From Candidatus Algichlamydia australiensis (GTDB lineage: Bacteria > Chlamydiota > Chlamydiia > Chlamydiales > JAJFMI01): a stretch of DNA of 64,000 nucleotides. Shown here piece after piece: positions 1 through 9,604 of this stretch. Both the position numbers and the translations under genes were made by a program. The stretch's first letter is position 1. The number at the start of each line of letters is the position of its first letter. Under the pieces are notes generated by a model. It saw nothing but the letters and a program-made list of their open reading frames with translations. It made no database searches and was not told where the DNA came from. The DNA lies in contig JAXCHI010000003.1 of NCBI GenBank assembly GCA_033977065.1, positions 448,001-512,000 on the forward strand, written 5' to 3'.

Positions 1-1
1 T

Positions 2-241
2 TTGCTCATACACCCCATGCATTTTGTTCTTAATACTCCTCACTTCGGATTTATGCAGGAGATAAAAAAGAGGCTCTCTCGGAAGGCTTGGAAAAATTTA
101 GAAGAGATTGATCTGAAACGATTGAAGTATAGTGGTTGGGGTGTTCGCGATTTTATACTTGAACTTCTGCAAGAGGCCGAACAGTTCTCTTTTCTAAAAT
201 CGCATACTCTCCGACAACGCTCGCTTCAATTGCAAAATTAA
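2..241 (+). CDS. 3' end of a gene entering from the left edge; possibly WbmS-like polysaccharide deacetylase
   Basis: Frame open from window start; HPMHFVLNT resembles the C-terminal HP..xLNT motif of that family; overlaps the convergent ComB-family gene by 89 nt. Confidence 0.3.
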   Translation: MLIHPMHFVLNTPHFGFMQEIKKRLSRKAWKNLEEIDLKRLKYSGWGVRDFILELLQEAEQFSFLKSHTLRQRSLQLQN

Positions 242-818
242 AGCGTTCAAGCGTTGTACAAAGAGGATAATCTTCTTCGGGATACTGCCACTGATCTTCT
301 TGGAAAAAATAGCGGCCAGGGCCAGCTTTAATTGCTGAAAGATGAGAAGAAAGATCCCACTTTTTTCCTTGGAGAGATGCGGAAAAGTAGTCCGCGCAAA
401 GATTATCCTCTAAGGAGGGTCTTTCACCTTCGTGACCCATTGGAAAGAGTGCTATCTCTGCTCCTGAAAAAGTTTGAATATGGTTTGCGGTGGCCTTGGC
501 GTTCCCGAACCCAACGGCAAAAATAAGATCAGCTTTTGTTGCAGCAAGAATTCCTTTTGATCCCGCTTCTGTTCTATGAATAATTACACGATCCTTTATC
601 TCTAGATCGAATGTACGCTTAGGAGAATTAGGGATGTCATATATGACAGAAGAGTTTTTTTGCGGCTTTCCAATAAGCAGAGAGTTCCTCCATTTTTTTT
701 TGAGATGGGAAACTACCTCACAACTTGTGCTGTAGAAATATGCTTCTGGTTGTTGCTCTAAAACGTATGCAGCAGTTGCAAAAGCGCGAAAAGCATCAAT
801 GACTACAGCTATTTTCAT
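153..818 (-). CDS. comB: 2-phosphosulfolactate phosphatase (ComB family)
   Basis: VVIDAFRAFATA N-terminus, HRTEAG and SLEDNLCA motifs. Confidence 0.8.
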   Translation of the reverse strand: MKIAVVIDAFRAFATAAYVLEQQPEAYFYSTSCEVVSHLKKKWRNSLLIGKPQKNSSVIYDIPNSPKRTFDLEIKDRVIIHRTEAGSKGILAATKADLIFAVGFGNAKATANHIQTFSGAEIALFPMGHEGERPSLEDNLCADYFSASLQGKKWDLSSHLSAIKAGPGRYFFQEDQWQYPEEDYPLCTTLERFNFAIEASVVGEYAILEKRTVRPLAEVQV

Positions 819-837
819 GCTTTAAGACTTTACCAGT

Positions 838-2481
838 TTATCTAGATTTCCAGAAACGGGGAGTGAGGATAATCAAAAAGGCGTAGAATTCAAGGCGACC
901 AAGGAGCATGCAGAGAATCATCACAATTTTTGAAAAAGCGGGCATGAACGCGCAGGTGCTCATCGGACCTGCTGCATCAAAAGAGAGGCCAACATTATTA
1001 ATGCTGCAAGCGATTAAACCAAAAGAAGTGCGAGGATCAATCCCATCAAGTACGAGAAGAAGGGTGGCGATGGCAGCGAGTACAATGACGACCCAGAAAA
1101 AGATAAAAACTGAGGTAACAGTCTTCATCGGGATTTCACGATTGCGAATTTTCAGTGCGCGAACAGCTTCAGGGCGAAAGAGGGATTCAATTTTATGTTT
1201 GATTGTACGGAAGGAGATCAGATGGCGCACCATTTTAATTCCACCTGCTGTGGATCCCGACATTCCTCCAATAAACATGGAGAGCAGCATAACACTTTGA
1301 GCGCCCCAAGGCCAAAGATCGTAATTGGCAGTGAAAAATCCTGTTGAAGTGATGGATGAGAGAAATTGGAAGAGAGAAGTGCGTAGCTTATCAAAATAGG
1401 TCGACACTTCAGTAAGCAGAGATGCAGAGGCAAAATCGCTACGAAAAAGAAGGATGGAGATGATCGCAGCACTTGAAATGATCACACCAAGAAAAAGGAG
1501 TAGCTCGGGATCAAAGAGGCGATAGAGTTTTCCTCTAAGAGCGAAAAAGATCAGGCTAAAGTTGATCGCTCCTAAAAACATAAATAGCATGACGATCCAC
1601 TCGGTTGGATGGTGATTGTAAAAACCGATCGACTTTTCATGAATGCTAAAACCACCAGTCGAGATATTAGAAAAAGTGATGGTGATCGCATCAAAAAGTG
1701 GCATGCTGTGGTTGAAAACGCGCAGACAAAGAATTTCTAGGAGAGAGAGACCTAAGTAAATTTTCCAAAGGTAGGAGGCTGTCTCTTTAATCCGTGGCGT
1801 GAGAGCTTCTTTAAAAGGGCCCGTAATTTCAGCTTCATAGAGAAATTTTCCTCCAATAGCAAGAGCGGGAAAGATAGCGATAAAAAGGAAGATAATCCCC
1901 AATCCCCCGATCCACTGCATAAAACTGCGCCAAAAGAGAATCGGTTTGCTAACAGCGTCTAAGCCCTCTAAAATAATTTCGTGACCATCAGGAGTGCGAA
2001 GCGGAGTAATCGTACCATTAAACTGATACTCCTTTCCAACTAAACTCTTTGTTGTAACAGGCACCTCTTCATGAGAGACGTTATCAAAGGCCTTCGGATA
2101 GATAATTGTGGCCCCTGTAGTTGTAAGACCCGAGACAGATTCAAAAAGTGCATTTATGGGTTCTTTAATTGTTCCTGTGAAAACAAAGGGAAGAGCAGAG
2201 ATCACCGAAGTGATGATCCAAACAATGGGTACCAGAAGCAAGCTCTCTCTGCGATAGAGTTGCCCCTCTGTTTTCCGTCCAATAAAGCGTAACAGCAGTG
2301 CAAGCCCGAATGAAATTCCCAAAGTGCCGATAAAACTTACAGTCGCAAGGTAGGGAGGGTGTAGAGGGTCGACTTGAAAAAATTCAAAATAGATCGAAAC
2401 CCCGATTGGAATCAGCAGTACAGCTGAAAAGAGAAGAAGAAAATTGCTAATGAGCTTGCAAAGATCTCTCCAACGCATCAA
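838..2481 (-). CDS. trkH: Trk potassium uptake membrane protein
   Basis: FESVSGLTTTGAT, QWIGGLG, ISTGGFS, GGMSGSTAGGIK, LGRLE motifs; many TM segments. Confidence 0.95.
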   Translation of the reverse strand: MMRWRDLCKLISNFLLLFSAVLLIPIGVSIYFEFFQVDPLHPPYLATVSFIGTLGISFGLALLLRFIGRKTEGQLYRRESLLLVPIVWIITSVISALPFVFTGTIKEPINALFESVSGLTTTGATIIYPKAFDNVSHEEVPVTTKSLVGKEYQFNGTITPLRTPDGHEIILEGLDAVSKPILFWRSFMQWIGGLGIIFLFIAIFPALAIGGKFLYEAEITGPFKEALTPRIKETASYLWKIYLGLSLLEILCLRVFNHSMPLFDAITITFSNISTGGFSIHEKSIGFYNHHPTEWIVMLFMFLGAINFSLIFFALRGKLYRLFDPELLLFLGVIISSAAIISILLFRSDFASASLLTEVSTYFDKLRTSLFQFLSSITSTGFFTANYDLWPWGAQSVMLLSMFIGGMSGSTAGGIKMVRHLISFRTIKHKIESLFRPEAVRALKIRNREIPMKTVTSVFIFFWVVIVLAAIATLLLVLDGIDPRTSFGLIACSINNVGLSFDAAGPMSTCAFMPAFSKIVMILCMLLGRLEFYAFLIILTPRFWKSR

Positions 2482-3827
2482 AAAATCCCTTTAATTTCGT
2501 CAACGTGCTTGGGTGAGCAAATGATGATAACCGTATCACCTGGCGCAAAAATGCGGTTGCCCTTCGCGATCATGATTTGGCCCCGATTCTCAATCAAGGC
2601 AATCAAACAATCCTTTGGAAGTAGGTGCCCTAAGTCGCGTACCGGTACCCCTGCAATTTTCGTTCCAGAAGAGACCTTTAGCTCCATAATCATCACGCGA
2701 TTTTCATAGAGAGTGCGAGTTGAAATCGCACTCTCTGCGTGAATAAATGAGAGAATTCGAGAGGTGATGCACTCCTTTTCAGAAACCGCATAGTCAATGC
2801 CCAAGCGCTTAAGCAGATGCGAGTGGCGCATATCAGAAACAAGCGAATAGACATCTGAAACCCCCGCCTCTTGTGCAAGCGATGCCGTTAAAATATTGAA
2901 TTCCGTAGATGGGGTGGCAGCTAAAAAGACATCGGACTGGTCGACTCGCTCGGAGAGTAAAAATTTAATATTGGAGGGGTCTTGTTGAATAACAGTAATA
3001 TTTCCTTCAATTTTTGCTAATTGCTCACAACGAGGTAGATCACTGTCCATCACCTTCACACCAATCCCATGGCCAAGTAAAATCTTTGCTAAATGGTGCA
3101 CAACAGGAGAGCTCCCTGCTACAACAGCTGACTTGATCTCCTTACCACGCAGCCCAAACCGCGAAGGAATATTCATCATTGTCGATGTATCCCCAACAAA
3201 CGTTACCTCATCGCCCGGCTCAAGCTTGTCATCTCCGTGGGGAAAAATAATTTCGCCCCCATTCTCCCGTTTTCTGCGGATCATTCCGATCAACAGGTCA
3301 TCACCAAACTTCAGTTCACGTAATGTCTTGCCTCTTTCGGGAAATTCCGAAGGCAACACAATTGTGCGCATCTGCACCGCGCCGTGAGCAAAACTCTCAA
3401 CAGCAATACTGCCCGGATGCGAGAGACACTTAAATAATTCATGAGCCACAATCAGTTCTGGTGCGATTAGATGATCAACATAGAAGAGGCGGTCGATATC
3501 TAATCGAGATTGATCTAAAAAAGAGGCATTTGTGATGCGGCAAACAGTTGTTGGATACCCCAAATTTTTCGCAATCGAACACGCGAGCAAATTCGTTGCA
3601 TCGCAGGAACTCATCGCCAAAAAAAGCTGAGGCTTCTGCTCGACAATGCGATCAAGCAACTGCCAATCATGGCACGTGCCACAAACAGTAGCGACATCTG
3701 CACTGCGTGCAAATTGCTCTAACTTTTCCTCATCGGGATCAATGATAATGACATTTTGTTGTTCATCAGAGAGAACAGAAGCTAAATAGGTGCCGAGCTC
3801 CTCGGCCCCCGCAATGACAATACTCAT
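2478..3827 (-). CDS. trkA: Trk potassium uptake NAD-binding subunit
   Basis: Two RCK_N/RCK_C repeats, 449 aa, overlaps trkH start. Confidence 0.93.
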   Translation of the reverse strand: MSIVIAGAEELGTYLASVLSDEQQNVIIIDPDEEKLEQFARSADVATVCGTCHDWQLLDRIVEQKPQLFLAMSSCDATNLLACSIAKNLGYPTTVCRITNASFLDQSRLDIDRLFYVDHLIAPELIVAHELFKCLSHPGSIAVESFAHGAVQMRTIVLPSEFPERGKTLRELKFGDDLLIGMIRRKRENGGEIIFPHGDDKLEPGDEVTFVGDTSTMMNIPSRFGLRGKEIKSAVVAGSSPVVHHLAKILLGHGIGVKVMDSDLPRCEQLAKIEGNITVIQQDPSNIKFLLSERVDQSDVFLAATPSTEFNILTASLAQEAGVSDVYSLVSDMRHSHLLKRLGIDYAVSEKECITSRILSFIHAESAISTRTLYENRVMIMELKVSSGTKIAGVPVRDLGHLLPKDCLIALIENRGQIMIAKGNRIFAPGDTVIIICSPKHVDEIKGIF

Positions 3828-3892
3828 AAGTTTCCATCTTAACTGGATCGATTACAGGCTGACAAGAATTTATTTCAATCAAAGGGTAATTT

Positions 3893-3953
3893 TAGATAGC
3901 GTCGTCAAAAGGCTATAATCAGACTATTTTTCATGTTTGCAGCTTTTTTTCTA
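3893..3953. repeat. Truncated copy (left end) of the CTAG-ended palindromic element at 54050
   Basis: tagatagcgtcgtcaaaaggctataatcagactatttttcatgtttgcagctt nearly identical to 54051-54103. Confidence 0.85.
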
Positions 3954-4051
3954 TTCAAATTGACTCCATTTTTAATAATTAAATATTTTATTTAATAGTC
4001 GGGTGAACGCTTGAAAATAAACACGCTATGAGCGATGATAGGAGATTCCTT

Positions 4052-4125
4052 GCACCGGTAGCTCAATTGGATAGAGTACCCGGCTACGAACCGGGCGGTT
4101 AGAGGTTCGAATCCTCTCCGGTGCG
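4052..4125 (+). tRNA. tRNA-Arg (anticodon ACG), CCA not encoded
   Basis: GCACCGG/CCGGTGC acceptor stem, AGCTCAATTGGATAGAGT D arm, CCCGG-CTACGAA-CCGGG anticodon arm, GGTTCGAATCC T loop. Confidence 0.97.
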
Positions 4126-4758
4126 ATGTTTCTCAAATGCTTTCCCTCTGGCCCTTTTGCGACGAATGCATACCTAGTTGCTTGTCCTAAAACAAAAAAA
4201 GCTTTTATTATTGACCCCGCACCTGAAAGTTCTGCTGGCCTTTTACAGGAAGAGGACTGGGAAGTAGAAGCCATTTTATTGACACATAGCCATTGGGATC
4301 ATACTGGAGATTGCAAAAAGCTGAAAGAGAAGCTGCAGATTCCCGTTTATGTGCATAAAGATGATAAAGAAAATTTAGAAAAACCGGGAAGTGATGGCTT
4401 GCCACTCATGATCCCAGTTGAGGGTGTGGCAGCAGATTACGCACTGAAAGAGGGCGATTGTTTAGAATTAGGAGAATTAAAAATTGAGGTAATCGAGACG
4501 CCAGGGCATACGCCGGGTGGAGTCTCTTTCTATCTACCAGAAGAGGGTGTTTTGCTATCGGGTGATACTCTCTTTCAAGGTTCTATTGGAAATTTGAGCT
4601 TTCCCACCGCAAACCCTGAGGCGATGTGGACCTCACTTAAAAAATTAGAAAAATTGCCTAGGGAGACTAAGGTCTATCCAGGGCATGGGCCAGCAACTAC
4701 AATTGGTGATGAGAGTTGGCTAGCTAGAGCAAAAGAGATATTTGGAGATGAATCATGA
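4126..4758 (+). CDS. MBL-fold metallo-hydrolase (YcbL/glyoxalase II-like)
   Basis: THSHWDH, TPGHTPGG, SGDTLF, YPGHG motifs. Confidence 0.92.
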   Translation: MFLKCFPSGPFATNAYLVACPKTKKAFIIDPAPESSAGLLQEEDWEVEAILLTHSHWDHTGDCKKLKEKLQIPVYVHKDDKENLEKPGSDGLPLMIPVEGVAADYALKEGDCLELGELKIEVIETPGHTPGGVSFYLPEEGVLLSGDTLFQGSIGNLSFPTANPEAMWTSLKKLEKLPRETKVYPGHGPATTIGDESWLARAKEIFGDES

Positions 4759-5336
4759 GTAATTTAATTGGAAAAAAAGCGCCGGTATTTGCGGCAAAAG
4801 CGGTAGAAAATGGACAGATTGTAGACGATTTCTCTTTAGAGGATCTGAAGGGGCATTATGTGTTATTTTTCTTCTATCCTCTCGATTTTACGTTTGTTTG
4901 TCCAACAGAGCTACACGCTTTTCAGGAAAAGTTGGCCGAATTTGAAAAGAGAGACTGCAGGGTTGTAGGCTGTTCTATTGATAGTTGGTTTTCGCACTTT
5001 GCTTGGGTGAACACACCCAAAGAAAAGGGGGGCATCCAAGGGGTTACTTACCCAATCGTGTCTGATATTAACAAAGAGATTGCGCGCGATTATGGTGTAC
5101 TAAAAGAGAATGAAGGGATTGCTTACCGTGGACTTTTCTTGCTGGACAAGAGAGGAAGAATCCGTCACCAACTCATTAATGATCTGCCGCTTGGACGCTC
5201 TGTTGATGAGGCTCTGCGCATGGTTGATGCTCTCGCATTTTTTGAAAAAAATGGCGAGGTTTGTCCAGCTAATTGGAAAGAAGGAGAAAAGGCGATGGCT
5301 CCTACAAACGAAGGTCTTCTCAACTATTTTAGTTAG
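4755..5336 (+). CDS. ahpC: 2-Cys peroxiredoxin (AhpC/TSA)
   Basis: FYPLDFTFVCPTE and GEVCPANW motifs. Confidence 0.95.
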   Translation: MSNLIGKKAPVFAAKAVENGQIVDDFSLEDLKGHYVLFFFYPLDFTFVCPTELHAFQEKLAEFEKRDCRVVGCSIDSWFSHFAWVNTPKEKGGIQGVTYPIVSDINKEIARDYGVLKENEGIAYRGLFLLDKRGRIRHQLINDLPLGRSVDEALRMVDALAFFEKNGEVCPANWKEGEKAMAPTNEGLLNYFS

Positions 5337-5706
5337 TAAGATAGTCATACAAATCCTGCTCGGTTGTGATGAGTAGGGCGTGATGCATAGCGAGAAGGCG
5401 GTCGGAGACCCGAATGATTTCTTCATCAGCAACACCGGGCATGCAGAGGGCGGAGAGCGGCTCGCTCTCTTCTTCAAAACGGTAGAGCCCCCGCATATAT
5501 TCGGGCTTGCTGTAGCCCTCGTTTGGGACACGGATGAAAAGCACAAGCCTTTCGTAAAGAAGAGCTTGGATGGCAAAAGAGATTCCGCAGGAGTTTTCTG
5601 GGGGATTTCCCAGTTTATCGGCAAGTTCTGGAATGGAGGCGATGCGGTAGGGAATACCATATTCACCTTTCTCAGTTTCCCCCATTAGAGCAAGAGTATA
5701 TCGCAT
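5329..5706 (-). CDS. Conserved chlamydial hypothetical protein convergent on ahpC
   Basis: ORF from ATG 5706 (MRYTLALMGETEKGEY); fills the space between ahpC and an AT-rich spacer. Confidence 0.7.
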   Translation of the reverse strand: MRYTLALMGETEKGEYGIPYRIASIPELADKLGNPPENSCGISFAIQALLYERLVLFIRVPNEGYSKPEYMRGLYRFEEESEPLSALCMPGVADEEIIRVSDRLLAMHHALLITTEQDLYDYLTN

Positions 5707-5802
5707 AAAATTATTAATATTAAAAGTTAATATTAATAACAATAAACACGGTTAAGTTAATTATGTTTATTGTTTGTTTTGATTTTCTTTTTTTTGTTTG
5801 TT

Positions 5803-5948
5803 GGGTCGGGGCAAGCCCCCGCACCCCTTCGTCTCCATCTCGCTGCGCTAAACCGAAAAACAGCCGCCACGCCTTATTACTCATACTGTCATGGCAGCTA
5901 TTTTTCGATTTTGCTTTGCGATATAAACCCGCTAGGCCGCTTCGCGCT
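5803..5948. repeat. GC-rich multi-hairpin repeat, family C, copy 1
   Basis: ctccatctcgctgcgct...gctttgcga...gccgcttcgcgct aligns with 57034-57182 and the reverse complement of 58101-58249; preceded by hairpin ggggcaagcccc. Confidence 0.8.
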
Positions 5949-5968
5949 TAAATAGGATATTGTGAATT

Positions 5969-7249
<1,281 letters not shown>

Positions 7250-7283
7250 TCACATCCTAGGAGTTAGAAGCATTTTATTAAAG

Positions 7284-7337
7284 AATCAAGTTATTACCCC
7301 CCTTTCTCCTATGGAAAGAGGAGGTAGCAACTTGAGT
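7284..7337. repeat. 54-bp miniature inverted-repeat element, family B
   Basis: aatcaagttattacc ... ggtagcaacttgagt ends, same as 17110-17228. Confidence 0.65.
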
Positions 7338-7397
7338 TTAAAAGAAGGAGAGAACAAGTGCACTTTTTGATAAACTGGTTAGAAAGGTACGTTTGAA

Positions 7398-7787
7398 ATG
7401 AAGAAGAGAGAACATACCCTTTCAATGAAGGGAACTATTTTTTTAAAAGCGATCCGAGAAGGATCAAAAAAATTTGAAGGGAGAGTAAATGGAAGTCAGT
7501 GTCGTAAAATGCAGGTAGGAGATACTTTACGCTTCTTCGATCGTAGCGCAGGCTGGGGGATTCTCTGCGAGATTATTAGTTTGGATGCGTATCCAGATTT
7601 CCGTTCAATGTTGGAAGATAAAGGTATATTAGCGCTTCTTCCTCAATTAAAGAGAGAGAGCTGTTCCAAAGAAAAATTGATGGAAAAAGCTCTTGCAATC
7701 TATCACGGATTCCCGAAATCAGAAAGGGTTAAGAAGCTCGGAGCCGTTGCAATAGGCGTAAAATGGGTCAAAGATATTTCTGAATAA
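7398..7787 (+). CDS. ASCH/PUA-like domain protein
   Basis: FLKAIREGSKKFEGR and MQVGDTLRF motifs. Confidence 0.8.
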   Translation: MKKREHTLSMKGTIFLKAIREGSKKFEGRVNGSQCRKMQVGDTLRFFDRSAGWGILCEIISLDAYPDFRSMLEDKGILALLPQLKRESCSKEKLMEKALAIYHGFPKSERVKKLGAVAIGVKWVKDISE

Positions 7788-7790
7788 TTT

Positions 7791-8873
7791 TTAATATTTT
7801 TCTTTTTCGTAGCCCTCGATTTCATCAAGGAGAGCGAGGTAAGATTCATAGCGTAGGGGAGAAATTTCGCCTTTTTCAAGCGCCTCTTTCACGGCACAAC
7901 CTGGCTCATGACGGTGAGTGCAGTTGGGATATTTGCAGGCGATTTTGCGCTCATTAATTTCGGTAAAGTAGCTTTCAATTTCTTGGGCTGTGAGCTCCCA
8001 CATACCAAAACTTTTTATGCCGGGCGAATCGACACAAAAACCACCATTTTCAATGGGGATGAGGGTGGTGCTAGTTGTGGTATGAGCCCCTTTTTTTGTT
8101 TTCTCAATCACATCTCCGACAGTGATCTCAAGGCCGAGCGCTTTGTTGATAAGAGAGCTTTTCCCTACACCCGATTGACCTGAAAAAAGAGAGGTTTTCT
8201 CTCTCATCGCCTCTTTTAGCGTCTCTATTCCTTCGCCTGTTTCTACACTGGTCATGAGTAGAGGGATATGGAGAGCTTTATATATCTCTTGCACTTGTGT
8301 GAGAAGGGGTCTCTCTTTTGGCGTGAGGAGATCGCTCTTGTTGACAATGATGAGCGGCGCCATATTGCCTTTTTTTGCAGCAATGATGTAGCGATCGATT
8401 AAGGCAGGTTTGAGGGGCGGGATGCCTACGGAAACAACGATGAGAACTTGGTCGATATTCACAGCAAGTAGCTGCTCTTTTTTTCCTTTGAAGTGTTCAC
8501 GGCGGGAGAGGTAGGAGTGGCGTGGGTCGACATGAACGATCGGAGAAAGTTCATTCTCCTTCGGGTAGAAGCGCACAAAGTCTCCAACGGCAACAAGGTT
8601 GCGTAGCAACTTTTTCTCTTTTTTGAGTGTTCCCTTAAGGCAGCACTCAAAGATTTTTTCTTTCGTAGTGACTTTAATGATCTCACCGTGGATAGAGAGC
8701 ACGCGGCCGCGCAAAAGGTTAGGGTCAGTAGGAGCCTCTATATCCTTTTTCTGGTCTGTTTTTTTAAATTTCGAGCGATCTTTTTTAGATATGCGTTTGC
8801 GCTCTTCACGCTCTTTGCGTTTTTTTCCTTCTCTATGAAATTGCTCTTCAAAATCAAGATAGTCGTTGCTCAT
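7791..8873 (-). CDS. rsgA: Ribosome small subunit-dependent GTPase A
   Basis: NKSD, GQSGVGKSS, GAHTTT, DSPG, CKYPNCTHRHEPGC zinc finger. Confidence 0.97.
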   Translation of the reverse strand: MSNDYLDFEEQFHREGKKRKEREERKRISKKDRSKFKKTDQKKDIEAPTDPNLLRGRVLSIHGEIIKVTTKEKIFECCLKGTLKKEKKLLRNLVAVGDFVRFYPKENELSPIVHVDPRHSYLSRREHFKGKKEQLLAVNIDQVLIVVSVGIPPLKPALIDRYIIAAKKGNMAPLIIVNKSDLLTPKERPLLTQVQEIYKALHIPLLMTSVETGEGIETLKEAMREKTSLFSGQSGVGKSSLINKALGLEITVGDVIEKTKKGAHTTTSTTLIPIENGGFCVDSPGIKSFGMWELTAQEIESYFTEINERKIACKYPNCTHRHEPGCAVKEALEKGEISPLRYESYLALLDEIEGYEKEKY

Positions 8874-9595
8874 AAAGACCTCAATTGGTGGAGAAGGATT
8901 GAGCCGGCAATGGCCACGTTAAGGGAGTCAATCTCTTTGCGCATCGGGATAGTGATCCTTTCTCCGATTGAGGCAAGTTCAGAGCTTGGTCCGTGTGACT
9001 CATTCCCCAAGATAAGAAGGGCAGGTGTTTGCGGTTTTGTGAGTTGCTTGCCATCTAGATCAGCAATAAAAGTCGGGATTTTTTTGGAAAGTTCAAGCAG
9101 TTCTACCAGAGACCCTTGCTGGATGGCGATAAGAAACGTAGCGCCTTTGGCAGCGCGAAGCGCTTTGTCATTAAAAGGATCAGCAGAGCCTTCTGTAAGG
9201 AATACACCATCGGCTCCAAAGGCGTAGGCGGTGCGTATCAGGGTGCCGAGGTTACCGGGATCGGAGATCTTGTCGAGGGCGAGAAGGAGTTTTCCAGAAA
9301 TTTTTTGGTTTTTAGGAAGAGCGACTTCTGCAGCAATCGGTTCTGGTGAGGGAGTACCACTAATTTTTTTGAGAATCTCAGGAGTGACGATCAGCTGCTC
9401 CTCTGCTGAAAACTCCGTTTGCTCGTTAAGTGTCACAACGCGATTAAGTTGCGTGTGCGGAGCAATCGTTTGGACCATGCGTCTACCTAAGACAAAAGCG
9501 CTCTTCTGCTCCTCACGGTAGTGGCGCTTTTCCCGCAGTTTAACGAGGTGTTTGACAAGAGGATGTTGTAAACTCCCGATCTTTCGTGTATTCAT
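8870..9595 (-). CDS. TrmH/SpoU family RNA methyltransferase
   Basis: DPGNLGTLIRTA, GNESHG, SLNVAIAGSI. Confidence 0.93.
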   Translation of the reverse strand: MNTRKIGSLQHPLVKHLVKLREKRHYREEQKSAFVLGRRMVQTIAPHTQLNRVVTLNEQTEFSAEEQLIVTPEILKKISGTPSPEPIAAEVALPKNQKISGKLLLALDKISDPGNLGTLIRTAYAFGADGVFLTEGSADPFNDKALRAAKGATFLIAIQQGSLVELLELSKKIPTFIADLDGKQLTKPQTPALLILGNESHGPSSELASIGERITIPMRKEIDSLNVAIAGSILLHQLRSL

Positions 9596-9604
9596 AAAAC
9601 TATT

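Noticed and set aside
5100..5688. 188-aa and 102-aa ORFs overlapping ahpC and the hypothetical gene
   Set aside because: Shadow frames of better-supported genes.
5763..5955. Two short plus-strand ORFs (62 and 61 aa)
   Set aside because: They lie over the family C repeat and T-rich spacer, with no SD or motif.
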